A DNA stretch of 64,000 nt from Candidatus Poribacteria bacterium. GTDB taxonomy: Bacteria > Poribacteria > WGA-4E > JAJDTR01. The notes under the pieces were generated by a model, which did not search any database, had not been told where the DNA came from, and worked only from the letters and a program-made list of their open reading frames with translations. Position 1 is the stretch's first letter; every line of letters starts with the position of its first letter. This document shows positions 29,976-39,939 of this stretch, one piece after another. The translations under genes were made by a program, and so were the position numbers. Location of the stretch: positions 1,568,001 through 1,632,000 of the forward strand of contig CBDCTK010000002.1 in NCBI GenBank assembly GCA_965222225.1. Direction: 5' to 3'.

Positions 29976-31709
29976 TTAGATTCTAAAAATCTCCCCCAGT
30001 CGACCGCCGAGTGCTCGTCCGGCGCCTATCAGGCATCCAATCAGTATCACCATCCCTACTACCCCAAGTGCACTAGCAATGTATTCCCCTCCGACAGGAC
30101 GCTGTGAGAGACTCCATATAGCTTTGGTAATAGGGCTGTACTCATCTCGCATCGCAAGCACCAGGCTATCGCTCACTTCCAACATGGAGAACGAAAAAAC
30201 CAGAATCGATCCGGCAATTAAATTCGCGATAATAAGTGGAAACGTAATCTTGTAAAGCGTGCGTGCCGGGTTGGCACCCAGATTCTGTGATGCCTCCTCA
30301 TACGTGACACTTGTCTGTTGTAGTCCGGCATAAATTGAGCGTAGCATGTATGGCAAGCGTCTCACTGAGTAACTAACAATCAACAACAGCGTAGGGTTTT
30401 GGCGTGGATCGATGACGGTGATTATGCTCTCCGGCATGTGGCGAAGTACAGGCGACGTATCTGCAAAACTACCCACGTAGCCGAAAGCAAGTACGATACC
30501 GGGGAGTGCTAATGGCAACATCGCTAGCGCATCAAGCAGGTTGCTAAATGGCAGACGTTTGCGGGTGAGTAGATAAGCAATCGCTATTCCCATCGCAAGT
30601 GCGAGTAGCGTGCTGAAGATACTGTATTTGAAACTGTTCAGAATGCTAGGAAGTGTATCTTCATGTGTAAAGACTGTCAGGTAATGCTCGATTGTATAGC
30701 TCTTAGGCAAAATGCTCAACCGCCACTGACTGGCGTCGGGCGTTAAAGAAACTAGCACAACACTGATATGCGGTAGCAACGCCACAAAGGTCAGTCCGCC
30801 GCCGAATAAGTAAATTGCTGTACACATCCGCTTGTTCGCAGTAATTTCACGAGAGCCAACATGTCCGCGTCCAATCATCTCATAATTTCTGCCGCCTGTC
30901 CACCGCTTGGACAGATAGAAGGCCGACGCTGTTAGTACGACTATCAATACCACTAGTGCGTATCCCATCGGATTAACATTTGCATCGGTAACTTGCCGGA
31001 AAATCCGCACAGCAATGACTTCATTGTATTCGAAAATCAGGGGTGTACCCAAATCTGTGAACGACCAGATAAAAACCAGAATGGCACCAGCAAAATAACC
31101 GGGCATCATGAGTGGGGCTGTCACCGTCCGGAAGAGTTTGAATCGCGATGCTCCCATGTTTTCTGCCGCTTCCTCTAGACTTGGATCGATATTCGCCAAC
31201 GCGGCAGCAACGCTGAGATACATAATCGGATAAAGATGCAACGTTGCCATTAGTACCACAGCCCAGAAACCGCCGCCAAACCAGTCAACTGGTTGGCTAA
31301 GATTAATAACTCCTATCTTTGATAACAACATGTTCACACTGCCGTACAGTCCAAAGAACATCTTCATGCCGATAGCGCCGACAAAAGGGGGCATAATCAT
31401 TGGCACAAGAATCACCCCCTGCATCAACCTACGCCCAGGGAACCGATAGCGAGTAAAAAAATATGCGAGCGGTAAGCTCACCAAAGTCGTCGTCAACGTT
31501 ACGAACACGCCAAGCTTGAAACTGTTAATCACTAATGCGCGGGTGTTTGCATCCGTAACCATCAACTGAAAATAGGTGAGCGTAAAACGGCCATCAATCC
31601 AGAAGGCAGCTTTGAAAATGTAGAGCAGGGGATATATCAGAAAAGCAACAAAAAAGAGAAGAATCGGGGATAGGATGATGTGAACGGAGTATTTGCTGTT
31701 CCGAATCAT
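29976..31709 (-). CDS. Iron(III)-type ABC transporter permease (two EAA loops)
   Basis: LEEAAENMGA and YEEASQNLGA; many TM helices. Confidence 0.9.
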   Translation of the reverse strand: MIRNSKYSVHIILSPILLFFVAFLIYPLLYIFKAAFWIDGRFTLTYFQLMVTDANTRALVINSFKLGVFVTLTTTLVSLPLAYFFTRYRFPGRRLMQGVILVPMIMPPFVGAIGMKMFFGLYGSVNMLLSKIGVINLSQPVDWFGGGFWAVVLMATLHLYPIMYLSVAAALANIDPSLEEAAENMGASRFKLFRTVTAPLMMPGYFAGAILVFIWSFTDLGTPLIFEYNEVIAVRIFRQVTDANVNPMGYALVVLIVVLTASAFYLSKRWTGGRNYEMIGRGHVGSREITANKRMCTAIYLFGGGLTFVALLPHISVVLVSLTPDASQWRLSILPKSYTIEHYLTVFTHEDTLPSILNSFKYSIFSTLLALAMGIAIAYLLTRKRLPFSNLLDALAMLPLALPGIVLAFGYVGSFADTSPVLRHMPESIITVIDPRQNPTLLLIVSYSVRRLPYMLRSIYAGLQQTSVTYEEASQNLGANPARTLYKITFPLIIANLIAGSILVFSFSMLEVSDSLVLAMRDEYSPITKAIWSLSQRPVGGEYIASALGVVGMVILIGCLIGAGRALGGRLGEIFRI

Positions 31710-31971
31710 TTAGTAACCTACAAACCTCGTAAATTCTGCCTGTATCGATATTCTAACCGACTTGATACTTCGACATCCTGGCGGAAACCGTCTCAAAGTT
31801 GTTTTCTCAAAAATGTTCATAGCCAAGATTATACAGGAACTGGTGATAATTATAATTCTGCGCAAATCGCATAAGCACTGGCGCAGTCATCCATCAGTTA
31901 TTTCGTAAACAAGACGGGGCAAATCTTCTATTTGTCCCCCCTAAATACCACTTCACTTCACCTATGCCAAT

Positions 31972-32760
31972 CTATTTCCCTCTACTTCTAAACGGCGTTC
32001 TCAACATTCCCAAAATAGTCTGCCACTTCAAGTCGTCAAATTCAAGCAATCCGAACTCAATTGCTCCCACATCCTCACGTCGGCGGAACGTACACGCCAA
32101 TCGATCCCAAAACGAAAAAACACTCGAGTAGTTAGAATCCGTTTCAAATTGAATTCGAGAGTGGTGCACCCGGTGCATGTTGGGAGACACAATGATTGCT
32201 CTCAGCAACCGATCCCATCTTTCAGGCAAATTGACGTTGCTGTGATGAAATTGAATTACTGGTAGCAACATCACTTCGTACAGAACCAACTGCCACAATT
32301 CAAGGCCTAACAAAGGGATTACCCCAAGTCTCAATATTGACGAAAAAATCAGTTCGCCGGTGTGAAATCGCGTGGCTGACGTGACATCCATCTCACGGTC
32401 ACTATGATGCATGCGGTGAAATCGCCAGAGAAACGGAATCTTGTGATTGGCGCGGTGCCAAAGATACATCCAACCGTCGAACAAAAGGAGCGCTATCCCT
32501 GTTTCTATTGTCGGTGGCAAATCCAGAAGATTCAAGAGTCCAATTTTCTGGTTATTATCCCAAGGGGCAACCACCGCCATGATTCCATATAACATCAAGG
32601 CAATGACCGTCGTGTTGAATAGCGCAATGACTATGTTTCTACCAGCGTGCTTCAGGCGATTCCCATGACGTTCGCGGTATAAAGGTAGCCATGTTTCTAA
32701 ACACCAGAGAAACGCCAAAACAGCAATTGCCAGCACTGTTTTAAGAGTGATGTCCATCAT
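31972..32760 (-). CDS. Sterol desaturase / fatty acid hydroxylase family protein
   Basis: His boxes YLWHRANH, HRMHHS, FHHSN, HRVHHS. Confidence 0.92.
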   Translation of the reverse strand: MMDITLKTVLAIAVLAFLWCLETWLPLYRERHGNRLKHAGRNIVIALFNTTVIALMLYGIMAVVAPWDNNQKIGLLNLLDLPPTIETGIALLLFDGWMYLWHRANHKIPFLWRFHRMHHSDREMDVTSATRFHTGELIFSSILRLGVIPLLGLELWQLVLYEVMLLPVIQFHHSNVNLPERWDRLLRAIIVSPNMHRVHHSRIQFETDSNYSSVFSFWDRLACTFRRREDVGAIEFGLLEFDDLKWQTILGMLRTPFRSRGK

Positions 32761-32876
32761 TGTCTGCCTTCACGACAATCATCTAGGTTGAGGCATACAA
32801 AATCCCGAATCAACCTGCGCCGCGATTAGTTAGCCGTGTTGTTTCAGCGCCGGAGTGTCGCTCTCGCCGTTAATAC

Positions 32877-33803
32877 TTAGCCGAGATTCGTTTCCATGAG
32901 GTTACTTACAATGTCATCGATCGATGCGAACAAAGAGAGGTCTACCCACTCAATCCGAGGATCGCCACGGAACCATGTCAACTGACGCTTTGCAAACTGG
33001 CGGGTGTTCTGTTTAAGCAGTGCAACTGCTTCAAACAACGTTAGTTGCCCGTCAAGGTAGTCGATAATCTCTTTATATCCAAAACTACGCAAGGCAACGC
33101 AATCGGGCGGGTAACCCGCATCGAGAATCCTTTTGACCTCCTCAACCAAACCGACCTCCATCATTCGGTCGGCACGGGCTTCGATCCGATTATAAAGTTT
33201 CCCCCGAGGTATGTCCAAACCGAAAGCACGAAATTCATAGCGCGCGTCAGTGTTTTTCCACTGCACTTGAAGCTCCGAAATTGGCTTGCCTGTTAGTTCG
33301 TAAACTTCTAGCGCCCGAATGATTCGAACCATGTCATTGGGATGGATACGCGCAGCGGAGTCGGGATCGCACTGGTGCAATCGTTCATGCAATGTAAAAG
33401 CACCGTTCTCAGCCGCCTCCCGCCGAAGCTGTTCACGAGTCGTGAGATCGGCGCCAGGGCCGGGAAAAAGACCATCAACCAAAACGCGAAAGTATAAACC
33501 CGCACCGCCTACAACCAGTGCCGGTCGGTGCTGCTCTCGGATATCCGCAAGCGCTGCGTCACCGAGCCGTTGATAATCCGCAACGGAAAAAGGCTGATCG
33601 ATGTCGGCACAATCAATTAAATGGTGTGGTATTGCCTGCTGTTGTGCCGGCGTTGGCTTTGCAGTGCCGATGTTCATTTGGCGGTAAAGTTGTCGCGAAT
33701 CGAGAGAAACAATCTCGGCATTAATCCGCTGCGCGAGTCGGATAGCGATTTCGGTTTTTCCAATGGCGGTGGGACCAAGGATGAATATCAACGGAGAGTT
33801 CAT
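32877..33803 (-). CDS. miaA: tRNA dimethylallyltransferase
   Basis: GPTAIGKT, DSRQLY, IGTAKP, TRQFAKRQLTWF. Confidence 0.97.
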   Translation of the reverse strand: MNSPLIFILGPTAIGKTEIAIRLAQRINAEIVSLDSRQLYRQMNIGTAKPTPAQQQAIPHHLIDCADIDQPFSVADYQRLGDAALADIREQHRPALVVGGAGLYFRVLVDGLFPGPGADLTTREQLRREAAENGAFTLHERLHQCDPDSAARIHPNDMVRIIRALEVYELTGKPISELQVQWKNTDARYEFRAFGLDIPRGKLYNRIEARADRMMEVGLVEEVKRILDAGYPPDCVALRSFGYKEIIDYLDGQLTLFEAVALLKQNTRQFAKRQLTWFRGDPRIEWVDLSLFASIDDIVSNLMETNLG

Positions 33804-33833
33804 AGAAATGGGATTGCGCCAAGAACTAGTTTC

Positions 33834-34550
33834 CTATTCTTCGGTTCGCTCGATCGTCATCGCGCAACGGAATCCAAAATCGCTAAACTGTTTCTCAGGT
33901 GCAAGGCTACTTCGAGCCGCGCACCGTGCGAATCTCACACGGTGACGCCAGGAACCTCCTCGCGCCACACGGCGCTTGCCATGTCCTGGTCCTTTTGGAT
34001 TACGACACGGCGAAGTCTCATAATATCGTGCATCGTATGCGTCTGCGCACCACTCATGGACGCCCTCCGACATGTTGTACAAACCGTAGCCGTTCGGTCC
34101 CTCTGTCCCAACCGGTGCAAGTAGTGAATTTTGTCCGCCGAGCGAATCGGCTGGCAGTTCATTTCCCCAAGGATATTCCTGTCCTTCCAGTCTGCCGCGC
34201 GCGGCCTTCTCACGTTCCGCCTCCGTTGGCAGGCGAAACAGTTTGCCAGTCAGGCCTCGAATCCATTCACAATAAGCAATTGCGTCATACCAACTTGGCC
34301 CGACCACGGGTTGGTCAGGGTGTCGAAACTTTGAGCTACCCCAAACCGGAGGGGGACGGCGCCCAGATGCCTGCATGAATAAGGAATATTCTTTATTAGT
34401 AATTGGCAGCGTTGCCAATGCGAAACTGTCAATCCATACACGATGTACCGGTGCCTCGTTAGCCGCGCCGATTTTACTTCCCATCAGAAATTCGCCCTCA
34501 GGAATAACAACCGTCTTCGGTTCGACAAATTCATGGGTTGGTAACAGCAT
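33834..34550 (-). CDS. Formylglycine-generating enzyme (SUMF1/FGE-sulfatase) domain protein
   Basis: GEFLMGS, RLPTEAE, NGYGLYNM, RGGSW, GFRC. Confidence 0.9.
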   Translation of the reverse strand: MLLPTHEFVEPKTVVIPEGEFLMGSKIGAANEAPVHRVWIDSFALATLPITNKEYSLFMQASGRRPPPVWGSSKFRHPDQPVVGPSWYDAIAYCEWIRGLTGKLFRLPTEAEREKAARGRLEGQEYPWGNELPADSLGGQNSLLAPVGTEGPNGYGLYNMSEGVHEWCADAYDARYYETSPCRNPKGPGHGKRRVARGGSWRHRVRFARCAARSSLAPEKQFSDFGFRCAMTIERTEE

Positions 34551-34553
34551 ACT

Positions 34554-35894
34554 TCACTCCATTGCATAACCCTTCAACCTGTATTGCAACGCCCGTAGAC
34601 TTATACCCAAGATTTCTGCCGTTCTCGTGCGGTTGCCACTCATGCGCTCAAGTGTTTTAAGAATAAGCTCCTTCTCCATCTCTTTCATTGTCATGCCGAT
34701 AGGTATGTCGTTGTAGGTTCGCTTCTTCAAGGATTGAATTTCATCGGGAAGATGCTTCGGCAAGACAACTTCTCCCTCTGCAAAAAGAACTGCTCGCAAA
34801 ATTGAGTATTCCAATTCGCGTACATTGCCAGGCCAATCATAATGCATCAGAAGATTTCTCGCTTTCTGATTGATAAACCGAACTGGTTGACTATGAGTTT
34901 CACTGTGTTTTCGCAAAAAATATTCGGACAGAATTTCAATGTCTTGCCGTCGCTCTCGCAGCGGGAGGAGTTGAATTGGTATCATATTTAATCGATAGTA
35001 GAGATCTTGACGGAATAATCCATCTTCAATTGCTTGACGCAAATCGTGATTAGTAGCCGCAATAATTCGAACCTTCACACGAATAACATGCGTTCCACCG
35101 ACACGCTCAATTTCCTGCTCCTGAGTCGCACGAAGCAACTTAGCTTGCAGTGCCACTGGCATGTCTCCTATCTCGTCGAGAAAAAGCGAACTTCCATTGG
35201 CCCGTTCAAATTTCCCCATTTTTTGGTAAATAGCCCCTGTAAATGCTCCTCGCTCGTGGCCAAAAAGTTCGCTTTCCAAAAGATTAGCCGGGATGGCAGC
35301 GCAGTTCACAACAACCATCTCTTTATCTGCATAAGCGCTATTTTGGTGAAGCGCACGTGCGACGAGCTCCTTGCCTGTGCCGCTTTCCCCATGAATGAGC
35401 ACGGTAGAATCTGTGCCAGCCACTTTCTCGATGACCTTCAAAACCTCCACAATCTGTGGACTTTCTCCAATTATCTCCTCATAACTATGGATAAGTTCAT
35501 CTCTTTCGCTCTGTTTCGTCGCACGGTGGTGTTCAAGCGCCTTGTCGACCTTCGCCTTAATAAGTTCCGACTTGAACGGTTTTTCCAGAAAATCATATGC
35601 TCCAAGTTTAGTGGCCTCAACCGCCCGCTGAATTGAGCCGTGTGCGGTCAACATCGTCACCAGTAGTCCGGGATATCTCCGGTGAATTTGTGCCAGCGTT
35701 TCCAAGCCGTCCATACCTGGCATTTGGATGTCTAATAATACTAGATCCGGCAGATCTCGATCGATCTGTTCCAGAGCAGCGTTCCCACTGGACGCAGTAA
35801 TCACTTCGTAGTGGTCCATTTCTAGCCGATCTCGTAAGATCGTAACTGTGTCGGGTTCGTCATCAACGATGAGTATTTTCTCGAGTTGATCCAT
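34554..35894 (-). CDS. Sigma-54-dependent response regulator (NtrC family)
   Basis: Receiver VDD...D..MP; GESGTGKE; ESELFGHERGAFTGA; Fis-type HTH. Confidence 0.95.
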   Translation of the reverse strand: MDQLEKILIVDDEPDTVTILRDRLEMDHYEVITASSGNAALEQIDRDLPDLVLLDIQMPGMDGLETLAQIHRRYPGLLVTMLTAHGSIQRAVEATKLGAYDFLEKPFKSELIKAKVDKALEHHRATKQSERDELIHSYEEIIGESPQIVEVLKVIEKVAGTDSTVLIHGESGTGKELVARALHQNSAYADKEMVVVNCAAIPANLLESELFGHERGAFTGAIYQKMGKFERANGSSLFLDEIGDMPVALQAKLLRATQEQEIERVGGTHVIRVKVRIIAATNHDLRQAIEDGLFRQDLYYRLNMIPIQLLPLRERRQDIEILSEYFLRKHSETHSQPVRFINQKARNLLMHYDWPGNVRELEYSILRAVLFAEGEVVLPKHLPDEIQSLKKRTYNDIPIGMTMKEMEKELILKTLERMSGNRTRTAEILGISLRALQYRLKGYAME

Positions 35895-36040
35895 CGATTA
35901 CCAGCCATCTGATTAGTAATTTGGTACGTAGGCTGAACTTACCCCCATCCTTTAGACAGCTATGAAGGAGATTTAAGTAATAAAATCCGACTAATTGTGG
36001 TCCGATTTCAACGCCTGAAGTTATTGGAAATACACCTCGT

Positions 36041-36076
36041 GGGTATCTCTACCGCACTCGCTATCCGCTCGCTTGC
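36041..36076 (-). repeat. Single mini-hairpin repeat inserted near the IS3 orfB 3' end
   Basis: Minus strand CAA GC GA GC GGATA GC GA GT GCGGTAGAGATACCC. Confidence 0.85.
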
Positions 36077-36344
36077 TGGTGTACGGTAGTCGAGCGATTG
36101 ATGGAGTCGCTCTTGGTTATAAAAGTTGAAATAGTCTCTCAATCGACGATGAGTTGTGTTCATTGAGTCATAGTCGTTGAGATAGACCTCCTCGTACTTG
36201 ACGCTGCGCCAAAGCCGCTCAATGAAGATGTTGTCAAAATAGCTGCCTCTGCCGTCCCAACTGATGGCAATGTTATAGGCTTCAAGTCTACCAGTAAACG
36301 CGTCAGAAGTAAATTGACTTCCTTGGTCGTTGTTGAATATCAAC

Positions 36345-36379
36345 GATCAAGTGACCGAATAGCGAGCGCGATAGAGATC
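36345..36379 (+). repeat. Single mini-hairpin repeat inserted in IS3 orfB
   Basis: GATCAA GT GA CC GAATA GC GA GC GCGATAGAGATC. Confidence 0.9.
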
Positions 36380-37548
36380 CGCTTGATTGACTAAGGGCTC
36401 GTTCCAGAGCCGACAGACAAAAGAATACGTCAAGTGAGTTGGAAAGTTCCCATGACAACACGTAACGGGAAAACCAATCCATTACTGCTACCAGATAAAC
36501 GTAACCATTGCTCAAGTGAATATAGGTTATATCAGTTGCCCAGACGTGATTCGGTCTGTTGATACTTAATTCCGTCAGCAGATAAGGGTACATTTTCGAC
36601 GGTTTGCCCATACCGGAGGTCTTGGGCTTGGGATAGATGGCAGCTAATCCCATCTTTCGCATTAATCTTGCTACCCGTTTCGGATTGACGACATATCCTT
36701 GGGAACGAAGCCATTTCGTTAATTTAGGCAGCCCGTAGAACGGTGTCTTGGTGTACTGCTCATCTAACAGACTCATATAGAGCAGGTTTTGTGGCTACTC
36801 TGTTGCAGGACGATAATAGTATGAGGCTCTGGACAAGCCTAAAAGCTCGCATTGTCTCACAACCGACAATGAACGGCACTCCTGTTCAACAAGCTGCCGT
36901 TTGTGTTCAACGGAGGCGTTGAGGTTTTTTTTGAAGCCAGTCCAGTTCTACCTTCAACTGATCAATCTGGCGATAGAGATCTGCCACTAACTCGTCATTG
37001 TCAGAGACCATTTTTGAGCGCCCGTTGGTAAACAGTTGAGGTAATTCCTCAAGAACCTGTTTTTTTCATAGGCTGACTTGCGCTGGATTAACACCGTATT
37101 CACTGGCAATCTGAGCGGTAGTTTGCTGATTCTTAATGGCTTCAAGAGCCACTTGTGCTTTGAATCGGCCATCGTGCTGTTTTCTGTGGGACATGGTGGA
37201 GAAACTCCTTTCTTTTTCTTGGCGTTTCCGAGCCATATTTTCGCCCAGATGATGACCATTTTGCCAGTCGGAATGATCTCTTATTCAACTGTCTAGTTTT
37301 TGGGGGTAATTGCACCTTGCATGCGGAGCAGCGAGTTTGAGTTTAAAACGCCAGCGCATGATGTCCGACAATTAAGCTGCTTCAGCACATTCAAAGGTTC
37401 CTAGCGGAGCAATCCCTTATACGGATTCTTTGCTCCGCGAAGATAATCTTCAATTTGTAATCAAAGATTGCTGTCACAAGCTAGGTTGGTAAGGTCCTTT
37501 ATGGTTTCCGATTGAAATACTCAGCCATTTTTAGTAGGCTTATATTCC

Positions 37549-38040
37549 TTACGATAATCTGTTGCCGGGGTCGGTTGACTCAGATGTGCGCAACGGGAGA
37601 GACTCATCTTCCCGCTCTTCTCTAACAAGGGAGGCCCGATTTGCAAGCGTCAGCAAAAACCATCCAAGTAGTCCCGCACTAGCTCCAGCGATGGCGGCTA
37701 TCCATGCGCCTTTTGCCGTTGTAATTTTATTGAGAGTTTTCTGATCGACCTCGAACGAAATGTCCTTAGGATTGCGCACCGCGAACCGTCTCCGATCACC
37801 TTGTTGGCGGTATTCGATGGTAGGTGCGGTATCGCCGCCAATTTCAATTTTACCTTTCCAGGCTGGTGCATTGACTTTAAGCGCGCTTTCGCCTGATTTG
37901 CCCTTCCAGACAGCTTTAGCTCCCTTGGTACCACTTTCATCCTCAATCTCTTCAACCTGGGTCCGTGCCAGCAAACAATCCGAGATTTTCAGTGCTGCCT
38001 GTTTATAATTTGATAGCGACAACACCCAATTTTCTAACAT
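37549..38040 (-). CDS. Hypothetical protein with one C-terminal TM helix
   Basis: RBS GGAGG; 163 aa; hydrophobic AWIAAIAGASAGLLGWFLL. Confidence 0.6.
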   Translation of the reverse strand: MLENWVLSLSNYKQAALKISDCLLARTQVEEIEDESGTKGAKAVWKGKSGESALKVNAPAWKGKIEIGGDTAPTIEYRQQGDRRRFAVRNPKDISFEVDQKTLNKITTAKGAWIAAIAGASAGLLGWFLLTLANRASLVREEREDESLPLRTSESTDPGNRLS

Positions 38041-38250
38041 GATAATCGTTCCTCCACGGTTTGAGGTAAGGTAGTATCTAGCGCCGTTATAACGGCTACT
38101 AGCTTAAGAGTACGTCGGAAACTGTCTAGTCAGTAAAGTCTGTCCACATCTTGGGTTGATTGGAAAGTTTCTGTTGACACTTGTACTATCGTGTGCTAGA
38201 CTTGAGACTGCCATCATAGATGTATTGTCTTTGGCGCAAGGAATTGTCCA

Positions 38251-38907
38251 ATGAACATTGATTCAATCGAAGTCCCGTCGGAACAGGAATTGCCGCTTTT
38301 CCCACTGCATGCCGTCCTTTTCCCCGGTGGCATCTTGCCGTTGCACATCTTTGAAGAACGGTATCAGTTGATGATTCAACTGTGCTTGGAGCATGAATCA
38401 CCTTTTGGCGTTGTTCTTATTAAAGAGGGAACAGAAACCGGCGAACCTGCCAAACCACATCTTGTTGGGACAGCCGTGCAGATTCTTGAGGTAAATCGAT
38501 TGGACGGCGGTCGGATGAACCTCATGACATCCGGGCAGTACCGATTTGAGATTCTAGAAAATCAGTACAATCTTCCCTACCTAGTAGGCCGTGTTCGAAT
38601 TCCAAACGTGCTGGATCTAGACGTAAATGATGATTTTGAGCCGATTGCATCGGAAACACGAGAACTATATCGGGATTACGAAGCCTTGTTAAGACAACTG
38701 TTTTTCGAGTGGGAACCTCCGAAGGTAATTCCTGAAAATCCGCGCCATTTGGCATATCAAATTGGTGTTAGGCTGCACATTTCCCTTGAAGAGAAACAGC
38801 AACTGCTGGAAACCTTCCCGCTAAATCAGCTTCTTGCCGGAGAGGCCACGCTCCTAAAAAGAGAAAATCAGCGATTGAGAGCGCGGGTTATCGCTCAAAA
38901 TAATTGA
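38251..38907 (+). CDS. LON peptidase substrate-binding (N-terminal) domain protein
   Basis: LPLFPL..VLFPG..LPLHIFEERY; FGVVLI; EKQQLLE. Confidence 0.92.
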   Translation: MNIDSIEVPSEQELPLFPLHAVLFPGGILPLHIFEERYQLMIQLCLEHESPFGVVLIKEGTETGEPAKPHLVGTAVQILEVNRLDGGRMNLMTSGQYRFEILENQYNLPYLVGRVRIPNVLDLDVNDDFEPIASETRELYRDYEALLRQLFFEWEPPKVIPENPRHLAYQIGVRLHISLEEKQQLLETFPLNQLLAGEATLLKRENQRLRARVIAQNN

Positions 38908-39217
38908 AAGATTCAAAGTTGCGCTGGTACGCAGTGTTCAATTAAGATGTTCTCTGTCTGAGTGAATCACGTCTCGAAGGATACACACCAAACGCGACGT
39001 TATTGTTCGTGGCACGAAAGTTGCCGACGATAAGCCACTTATCTGGCTTCATTCGTGTCTTCCTAATATCATCAATCCATTAAATGGCACTTGCGCATCG
39101 GCATTCTAGCGCGTTCGAGAGAATGCCGTGCTGGTTTGACGTTGCAGTTTGCCCTCCCAAATATTACCTGGATAGCGCTTGTCGCGCACCAATCTTTTCT
39201 AGCACAAACTGAGTACC

Positions 39218-39832
39218 ATGCGACTTCATTCATCTCTACATCAGTTAGCGCAAAACACGGGAGTGCAGATTGTTAGGCGAGATTTCGTCTATGTCAGTAA
39301 TTTGCTGTCTTTGACTAGACTTGCTCTAGCACCTTTCATTTTTCTTAACATCGTTCATTATGAGCGGGCTATCGCGTTGACATTAGGCGGTCTAGCCGTG
39401 TTGTCTGATCTGCTTGATGGTCACATGGCTCGGAGGTTGAAGTTGCCCTCTGATTTGGGAAAAATCCTCGATCCTATAGCAGACAAGATCGTGATCGGTG
39501 CCGCGCTTTCCGGACTCGTCTACTCAAAGCATTACGATTTTCCCCTGTGGGTATTTGTGATCGTTGTCATAAGAGATGTTTTTATAGTCGTCGGTAGTAT
39601 CTATCTCGCATATCAAATCCGTTTCGTCACGCGGTCCAATCGATGGGGAAAGTGCGCTACTGTATTCCTTTCAATTGCTTTGATTCTTTACATTCTAGAT
39701 CTTGTCGGAACAATTTCGTTCTATGTACTCTGCGTTGGGATTGCTTTCATCGGTATATCAAGTTGGAGCTACTCCCGGCGGCTAATTAGACTTCTTCAAG
39801 CCGATGTTCCTCAGCAAAGGAAATTGGTGTAA
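39218..39832 (+). CDS. CDP-alcohol phosphatidyltransferase (PgsA / cardiolipin synthase-like)
   Basis: NLLSLTRL; SDLLDGHMAR...LGKILDPIADK. Confidence 0.9.
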   Translation: MRLHSSLHQLAQNTGVQIVRRDFVYVSNLLSLTRLALAPFIFLNIVHYERAIALTLGGLAVLSDLLDGHMARRLKLPSDLGKILDPIADKIVIGAALSGLVYSKHYDFPLWVFVIVVIRDVFIVVGSIYLAYQIRFVTRSNRWGKCATVFLSIALILYILDLVGTISFYVLCVGIAFIGISSWSYSRRLIRLLQADVPQQRKLV

Positions 39833-39939
39833 TCCACAAAATTTCGAGTCACCGTTTTGACTTTACCGTAGCGCGAGTCACAGACCGTGATGCACAGGTC
39901 AACCTAGTGATTGATGCATCTGATTCAGGAGAATTGAGC

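Larger units (their letters stand above)
36020..37194 (-). pseudogene. IS3 transposase orfAB pseudogene
   Basis: orf[20 protein letters not shown]... with an in-frame TGA at 37066-37068 (Trp expected); orfB WATDITY...DQGSQF...DNIFIERLWRSVKYE; frameshifted by repeat insertions at 36345-36379 and ~36041-36076. Confidence 0.9.
35934..37314 (-). mobile_element. IS3-family insertion sequence, inactivated
   Basis: Terminal inverted repeats TGAACTTACCCCCATCCTTTAGACAG / TGCAATTACCCCCAAAAACTAGACAG; orfA and orfB with an A8 slippery site; no target duplication seen. Confidence 0.9.

Noticed and set aside
37066-37068. In-frame TGA in IS3 orfA as selenocysteine
   Set aside because: It falls at a position normally Trp (TGG), so it is best read as a nonsense mutation in a decayed element.
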